A stretch of DNA of 64,000 nucleotides, taken from contig NC_058368.1 in the NCBI RefSeq assembly GCF_018350175.1, positions 208,384,001 through 208,448,000 of the forward strand, written 5' to 3'. Source of the DNA: Felis catus (lineage: Eukaryota). Made by a program: the position numbers and the translations under genes. Numbering within the stretch: the stretch's first letter is position 1; every line of letters begins with the position of its first letter. Shown piece by piece: positions 38,367 through 49,159 of the stretch. Below the pieces are notes generated by a model that saw nothing but the letters and a program-made list of their open reading frames with translations, searched no databases and was not told the DNA's origin.

Positions 38367-40359
38367 ACCAGGACCGTTCCAGTACACCTACATGGCAGTC
38401 ACACTACCTTCCAAGTACCGCTCACAAAGCGATTTCTATTGAGGAAACAAGGTATGAAGAACTCCTATATGGATCCTGGCAGGACTTGCTGGTGTCTGGG
38501 GAAGATTACAAATTAGCTGGTTGCTGTTCACATCAGAGCCAAGCAGGGCACATTCAGTTTTTAATCTGGACCAATTTTCCGGATCAAAAACTAGTCTTTC
38601 CAAGGGATGTAAATGAGCCCAGGAGAAAATTTTCCCCTGAAGTTTATGAAGTAGCTGTCATTTTAATCTGAGCAGCTGTCCAACCTGAAAGCCAGTGTCT
38701 GGATAAAATTATAAAGTAATGAAAAGCTCTTCTGGGCTGAACCTAGTCCAAACACCCCCTCTACCTCAAATTTGATGTATTTAATATGCCAAAAATATTT
38801 AAAAGATAGAGTTTCCACTATCAAAACCCTATCCATGCTTCAGATAAAACCAAAGAGGCCACAACGGCACATTCATGGCATGAGTATCGGAATGAGATCC
38901 TAGATGAACTAGGTAGAAAATATTTTTAGGAGACAAACTACAAAACATAAGAAAGGAAATATGGTAAACCACAGGAGCAGTTTTATACAGGAGACAGTTA
39001 TGAAATGCTTTTTAAAAAATTCTGCTTAAATGGGTTGAAATCTATCCTTAAAAGAATATTACACACAGTGCTTAAGCTTAAGAACTATAGGTGTAACTAT
39101 GCATTATTCAAAAATTGTGACTAGATGGTTTTATGTGCATAAACCCACAGAATACAATTGATCATGATGTGGTCACTTTAGAAGGAAAGTTAGAAAGAAG
39201 CCCCTTCACTGAAATCCTTGAAGATGTGTGTACGTGTGCATGTAAGAAGTAAAACAATATAATATTGCCTTGGACTGCTGCTATTATCTCCAAAATGAAT
39301 TGAACAGAGGCTATAGAATAGCTCGTAGTTTCACTGCGTTGAAGATTAGGATAATGACTCTAAATTTCAAGGCAGGTAACAAAGCACAGGTAATAGTAGA
39401 TACAGCTTGAAGAGTGAGTGTGTCTCTTGGAGCCGAAAGGCAACAAGTCATGTTTCCAAATGGAAAGATCCTTGAGCAGTGAAAATATTTAAGAAGCCAT
39501 ATGGGAACCGCCAAGATTATTTTCTTTGCCCTCTGATAAATTTCCCCCGGTTGGTCTCTTTCTTATAGAAACGTTATTTGTAAAGACAAACTGCACTTTC
39601 TGCAGAGTTTTGCAGACGGCATTCAAGTAAAGTTACATTGTTTTCCATTGTTCCTAAGATGTAATTAATCCCATAAGACAACTTTGCTTACAAAGTAAAT
39701 TAAAAAAAAAAAACCCTCAAAACCAGGAAAACACAGATTTTTCAGAATTCTAAATAAGTCTTAGCAAAGAAGAATAAAAATCGTTATTTGGGAGATAATG
39801 TTTAGAACTTTATTGTTTAGGACGTTGTATTTTGAATAATCTCACAACACATACCAAGTCAAAGTAGACAGAAATAGATGAAGAACTTTTTACCCGTATA
39901 ACTAGAGGAAATGCAAGTTACTGTGTTTCCAGTTCTCTACAATTCTTTGTAATATCGTACCACACCATACATCTGTGTTTAAATTGCCGAGCAAACAAAG
40001 GAGTTCAAAACATTGGGCACCCCTTTCTGAGAAAATGGCCCAGAGAGGGAAGCATCCTTAAAAGCAGAGGCGACATCCCTACACACTGCAGGGTAAGGAC
40101 CAGAGATGGGCATATAGGGAACTCCAGGCAAATCTTCAGACGCTTAACAGGAAATGGCCGGGCCCTGGGCAATATGAATTCAATAAAGATGTTTAGAGAC
40201 ACTGGAGGAGCTGTTTGACTTCTGCACAGTTGCAGTCCTCTGTAATTGAGACAGCATGATCGCTGTCCCTACTCTCAGCTCTCCGTGGTCAAATACAGAG
40301 CCCTCCATCTATACTGTGTCTGCAAAACAGATCATTCCTTTAACAAACAAACATCCCTG

Positions 40360-41810
40360 GAACCGCCTGAGCCGGGGAGAGGGCGAGGTTCGCACCTTTT
40401 CTCAGCTTTGGGCAGAGATGGACCCAGTTAAACCGCCGCCGGCCAGGGGAGAGAGGGGCGGTGCGTCGCCCGCTTTGCGTCCTGGCGGGGACCGAGACCC
40501 GGGCGCTCCGGGCGTGGTGTCCCCCGAGCGCACTGAGCGCGTTACCTGATTTTCGGAGAGCCGTTCTGAGCGACACTGCGCTGGGTCCGAGGCTGGCAGC
40601 CAGGAGCAAGAGCCGGAGCAAGACGCCTCGGATTAAATCCATTTCACCGCGGGCGCCTGCAAAGTTTCACCAAGTCCCGGACGCACAGAGAAAGGGCGTC
40701 TCCTGGGGGACCTGGGGGGGAGACGGCCCCCGTGGATCCCCTGCCCCGGGTGAGGTGGTGCAGGGCTGAGGGAGGTTGGACCAGGAACGACCGAGGAGTC
40801 CAAAGAGGCAGGACAGCAGCCGGGAGGTCGGCGTGCGGGAGTGAAGTCTGCTGCGAGCCGCAGGGCTTTTCCGGGGAGGGGGGCGGGGGCGGCGAAGGAA
40901 GCCGACGGGGAGGGACCTGCTGGCCGGGGGAGGGAGGGAGGCTCGACCCGCCGGGGGATGGAATTACAATCGAGTGGAAGTGAGAGGGGCAGGCCCTGAG
41001 ACCACTTACTCTTGGCCCACCTCGGGGGCAGGCAGCCCGCCCCTCGCCCTTTAGCGATCCCCCTGGCTCGGCCCTTCCCTGCTGGTGACCTAGATTGGGG
41101 CGCTAGGAGGGGCCGACTTCAACCACTGGAGTCTCGCAGGGCAGGAGTTGGGTGACTGTGAGCCCAGGACCCTCTGCTGTGGTTCAGACCCCGAAATCAT
41201 GCGGCGCCTCCCCGGGCTGTACCCTCCTCCTGTTGCTCCCCTCTAGGTCACTTCCACCCAGCTTGGGGACTTTCCCCAACACCTCCAAAGGTTGCTCGGG
41301 TCGGTCCAGCGCACTTGGGGGAAGGAGGACTGTCTGCGATTTGCAAGTGGGGGAGGATAAGAGAAGAGGGGGCGGGGCCGACCGAGTCTCGGGCGCTAAG
41401 AAGATAAATGGGATTTAAGGCGCGCAGATGGAGAGTGGAGGCCACGCCACTCCATTGGAAACGCGGGGTGGAGATTAGGGCCCAGCGCAGGGGATTGGGG
41501 TCCCCTCCCTGGGCAGAGGAAAGCAACTTGAGACCCTCCAGGGGAAGAGATGAAAGTCCAGGTTAAGCCTGGCGTCGGGGTGAGGGATCCTAGCTCAAGC
41601 CCCCTGGCGGACGGAGAAGACCCGAGCGGGACACCGCAGCCTCCCTCTGGGCTGGGGTTAGGGGCGGGCGCGAGGTCCGGGCCACTGACTCCACGGGATC
41701 TAGGTTCCCGGGTCGGCTCCCTTCTCTGGATTTGCTGCCCTAACACTCAGTAAAATACGCCTTTTCCCGGGTTTCCTGGTGGCACTGCGAGAGGGGGGAC
41801 CCCGGGACTC
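40360..41810. promoter_or_regulatory. EGFLAM: CpG island / EGFLAM promoter and 5' UTR (TSS probably about 40900-41050 on the minus strand, not determinable here)
   Basis: Abrupt rise in GC and CpG density versus the AT-rich flanks. GC boxes (GGGGCGGGG) near 40880 and 41370, no obvious TATA box, and no upstream minus-strand ATG between 40643 and about 41195. Confidence 0.9.
40546..40642 (-). CDS. EGFLAM: EGFLAM (pikachurin) coding exon 1: signal peptide and start of mature protein, MDLIRGVLLRLLLLAASLGPSAVSLRTALRKS(G)
   Basis: Translation closely matches the recalled human pikachurin N-terminus (MDLIRGVLLRLLLLASSLGPGAVSLRAAIRKPG). The ATG has a strong Kozak context (gcggtGaaATGG) and a Leu-rich hydrophobic signal peptide follows. 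Similarity ends at the donor TCAG|GTAAC (GT at 40545-40544), giving a 97-nt phase-1 exon inside a CpG island. Confidence 0.95.
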
Positions 41811-42769
41811 AAGTCAAGTTACACACACTGGCGTGCTGATCTTCAAGCCAGCGAGAAGAGAAAGCAGATACAATAAATAAACCAAGAAAACAGTCTTCGC
41901 CAGTCCCTGGGGAAAGATCAAAGGCCTTAGGAAGTGCCCCGCAGAGGGAGACAGTGGCTGCTGGCTGGGAGGACCTTGCACCTTCTCCACCCTGCGGTCC
42001 TGCGGAGGCTCCTGGGGGTCCTGGCCCTTCATTGTTAACCTAGGTTTCGGAGGGCCAGAGGGAAGGGCATTGATAGCTGATATCTGTCAGCTGATAGCTG
42101 AGAGCTGCTAGCTCTCCCCGCCCCCGAAGGTTTCTCCTCCTCTTTTTAGGAACGAATATTCCATGGCTAGAGGGTTTATAATGAGTCCAATCTTGTTTGT
42201 TTGCCAAGCTTGAGAATATGTTCCCTTGGCCTTCTCCCGCGCCCGACTGCCCGTAATAAATTCAAGTCCACTCTGACTTGAGTAGTTGGAAGTCTTAGCT
42301 GTGACACCTGAGCTTGTCCTTTTACGCAGAGCTAGAGTAGAAAAGTGAAACAGACTGTGTTCTTCACTTCCAAGGTGATAACAATGCCGTGTTTGAAAGC
42401 CAGGCAATGTGACTGCCCCCAGGACTACTAGGCTCAAAAGTAGCAGAATCATAGACCCTTGGGGTTGTGGGGGGGGGGTACCCCAGAGGTTATCCAGGCT
42501 CTGCCCCCATTCCATGCAGAAATCTGCTCTCAGCGTCTTTGGCAGGTCATTCCCCTGGGTTTAAACTCCACCTGTGACAGAGAGACCCTACCTCACCACC
42601 GCCCCTAAAGTTGTTGGATAGTTCTCTTTATGAGAAAGTGATTTTTTATATCAGACCTAGGGTGATACCAGGAACCAAGCAAGTGTTACCAGGAAGAGAG
42701 CTTCCAGGTTGGTTCCACTCTTTCTCACTTAAAAATAATTCTCCCTGATCTAAAAATTGGAAGTAATAC

Positions 42770-43000
42770 TAACCACTATATGGCTAACGTGTATATAATA
42801 CCTACCGGGTAACACACCCTCTCTGAAGTGCTTTATAATCCCACTAACAACCACACCAGGTAAGTATTATTAGTATTACCCCTTTGACAGATAAGGAAAC
42901 TAAGGCATGAAAAAGTTAAGCAACTTTCTCAAAATCACACAGCTCCCAAGAAACAGAGCTTCAGCTGAATCCGGGTGGTCTAGTCCCAGACTCCAGGAGT
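42770..43000 (-). mobile_element. MIR
   Basis: aacaacc...ggtaagtattatt...cagataaggaaactaaggc...tcacacagct. Confidence 0.7.
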
Positions 43001-43959
43001 TTAAGGAGACCGAGGGGGAGCAGACAGAAAAGCAGACCAAGAATCACAAGCTCTTGGTGTGTAATCTCAGGCTCTGCCCACAGTGTACCTTGGTAAAATG
43101 AAGGGGCTGGATGAAGTCATTGCTATCTCCCAGGTTTTGCTTCCTCTTCATCATCTGATGAACAGCACCATCTAGTCCAAGGCATTTTTTGCTCTGAATG
43201 TGCCTTTTAAAAGACATGAACAAACTGTCCGTTGTAAATTTTGCAAGCCCGAGTTTCACCCTTCTTGCATACCTTCGACCTCCATGGGATGATGGAGGTG
43301 CCCATATCACCTCCTCATCCCTGGCATGGGCTCCCTTCCGTCTCTTGCAGATGGCTACAGGTGATTGGGAAGCTGACTTGGGGTCTTCAGAGTCCCCACT
43401 TGTTTCTTCCTTGCGAGATCACCTTCAATTATATTATTATATTTTACTTTCGAGTGCCCCCAAATGCTCTGGGTCCTCAGGCCTTTGGATTAGACCTTCT
43501 TGGGATCAGCTTGTTACAGATCTAGGGAACACCTTAGAGTGAAGTTATTTCCTTCCTTTGAGAGTCAAATCACATCCTCCAAGGTTCCCTCTCCTTCCAG
43601 TTGGACAACCAGTTTGTGGCATTTATAAATCTGACAAAAGATAAATAGACACTTGCCTTTCACTTCCTTCCTGCCTTCTGGGAGGAGAGGAACTAGAGAG
43701 GGCAAAGAGGCTTTGAATGTTTCATTTTTAAAAATCTGTTCAAATTCACCAGAGGTTTAAACTCAATTAATAAGGTCACCAGCAGAAGAGTGACCTGCCT
43801 GCTTTGCTCAATATCGTGGGAGAAGCGTCTGACCTTTGCTCCACGGAATGAATTCAGAGGGTGTTTAGATGAAACAAAGACAAACTTACCAATGACAGAA
43901 TGTTGAGGAAGTCCTAACACAGGATTCAGGAAAAGCGGCCAATAATTAACGTTAGATCT

Positions 43960-44700
43960 AATTCATTTTTTTTGAAGAGGTTCTATGTACATACAAAATT
44001 TGAAATATGCAGAGCGTATGGTGAAAAATAAGTTTCCTTTCACCCAGCCTCTCCCAGAAGCAACCACTATTATCAGTTTCTCGTGCATCCTTCCAGACAC
44101 ACTCTATGAACATACAAGCACACACATATACTTGACACAAACAGGAGCAATTCGTACATGCTTTTTAACCTGAAAATCCACCCAAATCAGCAGATAGAGA
44201 TCTGTCTCCCTCTTACTGACTGCTGAATATTCTGTTGTGTGACGAACAATTTATTTGTGCTCTCCTTATTGTTTCCTATGGCGCTATTATGGACAATACT
44301 GCAGGGAATGACCTTGAATAACAGTTTGCACATGTTATAATAGACTGTAGGGCACATTTCTAGACTAGCCATTGCTCAGCAGAAGGGTAAATGCCTTTTC
44401 ATTTTGACGATTTGGCAAAATTGCCTCCCTAGGAGAGCATACAAATTTGCACCCCCACAAGTGATATGTAAGCCTATTTCCACAAACTCTCATCAACACA
44501 GTATCTTATCAAACTAGAACTGTATATTACTTACATATCTGTTACATGTTTTAATCATCACTCAACATATAAAGAAAAGTAAAGCATACCAACGAATCAT
44601 AGCCAAGTGAGTACACTTATATAACTACCACCCAGATCGAGAGCAAGAAAACTGCCAGCACATCCAGTAATCCTTCCTCACACTTCCTCTCCAGATGTGT
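43960..44700 (-). mobile_element. Ancient L1 (L1ME-like) remnants
   Basis: aaccactattatcagtttc..gtgcatccttccaga, gaatgaccttg, attgctc...agaagggta, ttgcctcc...caaatttgcac antisense L1 motifs. Confidence 0.55.
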
Positions 44701-45118
44701 ATGTTCTTCAGGAAGGAGGAGAAGAGTTCAGACCTCCCATTTAAGTACACAAATGGAAATTAAAGTTACACAAATAAAATACACAAATGAAAATAAATCA
44801 GTGAAAAATGTAAGCATCCCTCATCCCCAATACGAAATAAGCATTAATCGAGATTTGATCCCACGACATGTAAGGCTCTGTACAGAGAAGAGGAAGACTA
44901 TAGGAAGGAAAATACAACAATGCCTTCTGCACTCGAAAAGACAGTTGAGAGAAGGGAGCTGCATAGCCAACTTCTCCACAAAGCAGAACAAAAAGGACAC
45001 TAGATAAGAGTGCCAACAACATGCTGTTGGTGTGACAAGGGAGGAAAACCCTGTATTACAAATGATAACCTATGTAGCAATATACTGCAAAAGATAGCCT
45101 TCGACCTCATGAATGTTT

Positions 45119-45333
45119 TTCCTTTTTCTTAAGTTTATTTATTTATTTTGAGAGAGACAGAGACAGCATGAGCAGGGGAGGAACAGAGACAGGGAGAGGG
45201 AGAATCCCAAGTAGGCTCCTTACTGTCAGCGCAGAGCCCCAGAACCCAACACAAGGCTTGAATGTCATGAGATCATGATCTGAGCCATAATCAGGAGTCA
45301 GATGCTTAACCGATTTAGCCACCCAGGCACCCC
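45119..45333 (-). mobile_element. CanSINE inserted at the tail of the adjacent SINE
   Basis: Complete antisense SINE directly abutting a second one. Confidence 0.92.
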
Positions 45334-45339
45334 ATGAGT

Positions 45340-45537
45340 TTTTTTCCTTTTTAAGTTTATTTATTTATTTTGAGAGAGAGCGAGAGAATGGGGAGGGGCA
45401 GAGAGAGAGAAACCCAAGCAGGCTCTGTGTTGTCAGCATAAAAGCCCAGCGGGGCTTGAACCCACGAACCGTGAGATCATGACCTGAGCTGAAATCAAGA
45501 ATCGGTCGCTTAATGGACTGAGTCACCCAGGTGCCCC
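45340..45537 (-). mobile_element. CanSINE
   Basis: TSD cctcatgaatgttt at 45105-45118 and 45540-45553 encloses both SINEs. Confidence 0.92.
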
Positions 45538-45687
45538 GGCCTCATGAATGTTTAAATCATGCTAATATACTTAGTAGGGTTCACCAGGGACAGGACTGGA
45601 GTTACAAGGGTAAATTACCTGGTATTCCCAAATCTGTCCTTCCTTCTGCATACATTTCTGAAAGCATAAATTAAAAATGACTGGGGA

Positions 45688-45932
45688 GGGGCGCCTGGGT
45701 GGCTCAGTCGGTTGAGCAGCCGACTTCGGCTCAGGTCATGATCCCGTGGTCCATGAGTTCGAGCCCCGTGTCGGGCTCTGTGCTGACAGCTCAGAGCCTA
45801 GAGCCTGTTTCCAATTCTGTGTCTCCCTCTCTCTGACCCTCCCCCATTCATGCTCTGTCTCTGTCTCAAAAATGAATAAACGTTAAAAAAAATTATTAAA
45901 AAAATAAAATAAAATAAATAAAATAAAATAAA
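45688..45932 (+). mobile_element. CanSINE (SINEC_Fc-type) with (AAAAT)n tail
   Basis: TSD aaaaatgactgg(g/c)gag. Confidence 0.95.
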
Positions 45933-45984
45933 TAAAAATGACTGGCGAGTTATAGTTAAGTTAGGCAGCCTGATTCTCCAGCCT

Positions 45985-47175
45985 TTATTTTAAGGTAAAC
46001 TTTTTAATGAAGTATAAAAATGTGTAAGTCCTACCTACATGTATAACTCAGTGGGTCATTATAAAGTGAATAAACCCATGGGATAAGCCCCCAGATAATG
46101 AAATATAACAATTCCAGACCCTAAAAGCCTTTATATTTCTCCTACTAATTATAAGCTACCCCATAACGAAATAGGAAACCATTTTCTAATTTCTAACATT
46201 AGTTTTGCCTGTTTTTGAACTTTATACAAATGGAATCCAGTAATTTCCAGTGACATAGTCATTTATGTCCAGCCCCTTTTACTCGATGTTATGGTTGAGA
46301 TTTTCATCCAAGTTGTGTGGTTATTTCTTTTCATTGGTGTATGGTATTCCATTATATATACACATTACAATTTGTTTACATGCTACTGCTGATGAACATT
46401 TAGGTTGTTTTCTAGTTTGGAATTACAATAAAAAATGTTTCCATAATTATTCTCATTCATGTCTTTGGTAAACTTCAGTATGCATTTCTGTTGTGTATAC
46501 CTGTAAGCATAATTACTGGGTTATGTGGTAAGCATATGTTTAGGTTTGGAAGATATTGTCAAGTAGTTTTCCAAAGTGGCTATACCAATTTACACTTTCA
46601 CTGGCAGTACGTGAGACTTCCAGTCATTCTACAATCTCACCAACACTTGGTATTGTTTGTCCTTTTCTTTTTAGTCATTTTGGTGACTGTGCAGTAATGT
46701 CACATGGCAGTTTTAATTTGTGTTTTCTTGCAAACTATTAAGTCAAGTACCGTTTCACTTGTGTATTAGCTATGAGAAATCCTAGTTTGTGAAGGGCCTG
46801 TTCGTGTATTTTGCCCATTTTTCTAGTGGATTGTCAACCTATTTCTTATTGATTTGTAGAAGTTCTGTATATAGTCTGGATACAAGTCATAGGACTTTTT
46901 TGTTGGTGGTGGATATTTATGTTGAAAATATTTTCCCCATTCTGTCTTGTCTTTTAACTCTCTTAATGATGACTTTTAATAAACAAAAGTCCTAGTTTTA
47001 ATGTACAATTCATAAATGTTTTTTATTAATATCTAGCATTTTTAATGTCCTATTTAAGAAATATTTATTTACCTCAAGATCATGAAGATATTAGTTCAAG
47101 TTTTCTTCTAAAAATGTTATTTCTTACCTTCCACATTTAGATCTGCAGTTGATTTTTGTGTATAATGTAGGATAG
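45985..47175 (-). mobile_element. Old L1 (L1MC/ME-like) 3' end and ORF2 C-terminus, antisense
   Basis: ttttgcctgtttttgaacttta..caaatggaatc, gatgaacatttaggttgttt, gttttccaaagtggctataccaatttacact, ccacatttagatct. Confidence 0.85.
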
Positions 47176-48112
47176 TCCTCAAGTCTGTTTGACTGGATGC
47201 TCCCTCTTGATTCAGATGAGGACAGGTGCATCTTCATGGGGAGATGTGGCTTCTAGAGTGTGGCTTTGGAAGGGTATCTTTTCCTCTGTAAGCATCAACC
47301 AAGTTGATATTCAAGGCTAACACTGTGACTACACTTCTCACCAGGTATATCCAAGTGGATAGCTACCTTGCCTTATGTCTTTTGGAGCATAAACAAAGCC
47401 CACTTGTTCCAAAACATCTCACCTACAGGTCTCTCAGTTTCCTTGAAATTTCTATCATTTTAAATGTTTCCATGAGTCCAAAGTATTACTTGTTTACGGC
47501 CCATATCCATTATATCCCACAGAGCATTACACAAAGATGGAAGAGAGATATTTTAAGAAGTTTTATCCAGGTGGTTCTCTTAACATGGCCATATTCTTCC
47601 TGAAAAGGAGAAAGGACTCATTCATTAATACTCTGCCTGTTAACAAAGAGGTAAGGACTAATTTATTAGCTAATTTAGCTGTCACCTACAGTATCAGCTC
47701 CAGGGTCTATAGAAGGTAAAGTGTATGAATTTGAAAGTGACTTGAGAAGGGGAAATTTGTGGTGGGCGAGGTTCAGAATGTGGGATATGGCTTGTTTACA
47801 ATAGCACAACTCTGTAAGTAACAAACAAATCCATCACTAGGGGAGAGCAGGTAAAACACAGTATGGGTTATAATGGAGCAGTGATCAGCTATCTAAGAAG
47901 TAACAGATTTAGAGCTTCATGTACCAAAATGGACAAAGTGGACAAAGCAAGATGTTGAACAGAGTGCAGGTGTTCACAGAGTGTGGGAAGGGGATTAGGG
48001 GATCTGAGATGAATGTGGGGCAAATGAGCAATGTTATTTTTTTACTGGTTGTGTTTTTAAATTATAAGGCTATTTTAATCTGGGCTAGGAAAAAAATGTA
48101 TGAATGCATTTT

Positions 48113-48148
<36 letters not shown>

Positions 48149-48360
48149 TTTTAAATGTTTTTTATTTATTTTTGAGACAGAGAGAGACATAGCATGAGCA
48201 CGGGAGGGGCAGAAAGAGAGGGAGACACAGAATCCGAAGCAGGCTCCACGCTCTGAGCTGTCAGCACAGAGCCCAACACGGGGCTCGAACTCACGGACTG
48301 TGAGATCATGACCTGAGTCGAAGTCGGATGCTTAACTGACTGAGCCACCCAGGCGCCCCA
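48113..48360 (-). mobile_element. CanSINE (SINEC_Fc-type) with (TTTA)n tail
   Basis: Perfect 15-bp TSD gtatgaatgcatttt at 48098-48112 and 48361-48375. Confidence 0.96.
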
Positions 48361-49121
48361 GTATGAATGCATTTTGAAAGAAGACAGGTCAGTCTGGGTG
48401 CTGTAACAGTAGGAATCATGGGGACTGAGAAACCGAGAGAAGAAACACAGGTCTCACTCAACTTGAGAGAGGGAGAGAATGAAGAGTTTGAGACAGGCAT
48501 TCCCAAAGGGGAGGAGGTCATGAAGGGCAATCCTACATCATGTGATTCTGTCTGGTGCTGCCAGATCTCACGTGCAAGGAAAAAACCAAAGAGCTACTGT
48601 CTTCCTGAAATGCAGGGAGACCCTGTAGCACGTTGAAGATTGGGGCTCCACACACAACACGACAAAACACAGGAGCGCTCCACAGTGGCGGCAGGTAACT
48701 GCTCACCACACTAAAAGACATCTGTTTTGAGAACTTGCATCCCATTTCAAAATGCAGGGCTTATTTGGGAACGACACGATGTCCGGAAAATCTCATTGGA
48801 CTGGAGGTCAGGAGGCCTGCACTCCTGCTCTGGCCCTGTCACTAACTGTCAATGGGACTTCGGTGATTCAATCGACCTCTTTAGACCTTACTTTTCTCCT
48901 CTATCAACCAAGAGTGCCGGATAAGATGACGTCTCGGCTTGTCCTAGGGCTCACAGTATCATCTTCCACGGAAGAGCCTCTTTACTTTTTTCAAGATAGA
49001 CAGATGTCACTACTTAAAAACAAGGAGTCTTGTTCTCAGAAAAACTTTCAAATTGGAAAGCAATAGTCTTTTGCCAAAAAAAGAAAAGAGAAAAAAAGAA
49101 CACAAAACATTTAATACACAT

Positions 49122-49122
<1 letters not shown>

Positions 49123-49155
<33 letters not shown>
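49123..49155. repeat. (CA)n microsatellite
   Basis: Directly visible. Confidence 0.95.

Positions 49156-49159
<4 letters not shown>

Larger units (their letters stand above)
1..40545 (-). other. EGFLAM: EGFLAM intron 1 (partial; continues beyond window start)
   Basis: Starts at the GT donor after exon 1. I saw no sequence encoding the expected exon-2 FN3 peptide (KVGPPLDIKLGALNCTAF...) in the ORF track, consistent with the long first intron recalled for the human gene. Confidence 0.85.

Noticed and set aside
40340..40545. Continuation of the 100-aa ORF (GNALSALGGHHARS...) as coding sequence
   Set aside because: It lies past the GT donor at 40545, and similarity to pikachurin stops exactly there. 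This is read-through into a GC-rich intron.
40256..42515. Multiple overlapping 60-135 aa ORFs around the CpG island
   Set aside because: Stop codons are depleted in GC-rich DNA, and none shows a recognisable domain or splice structure.
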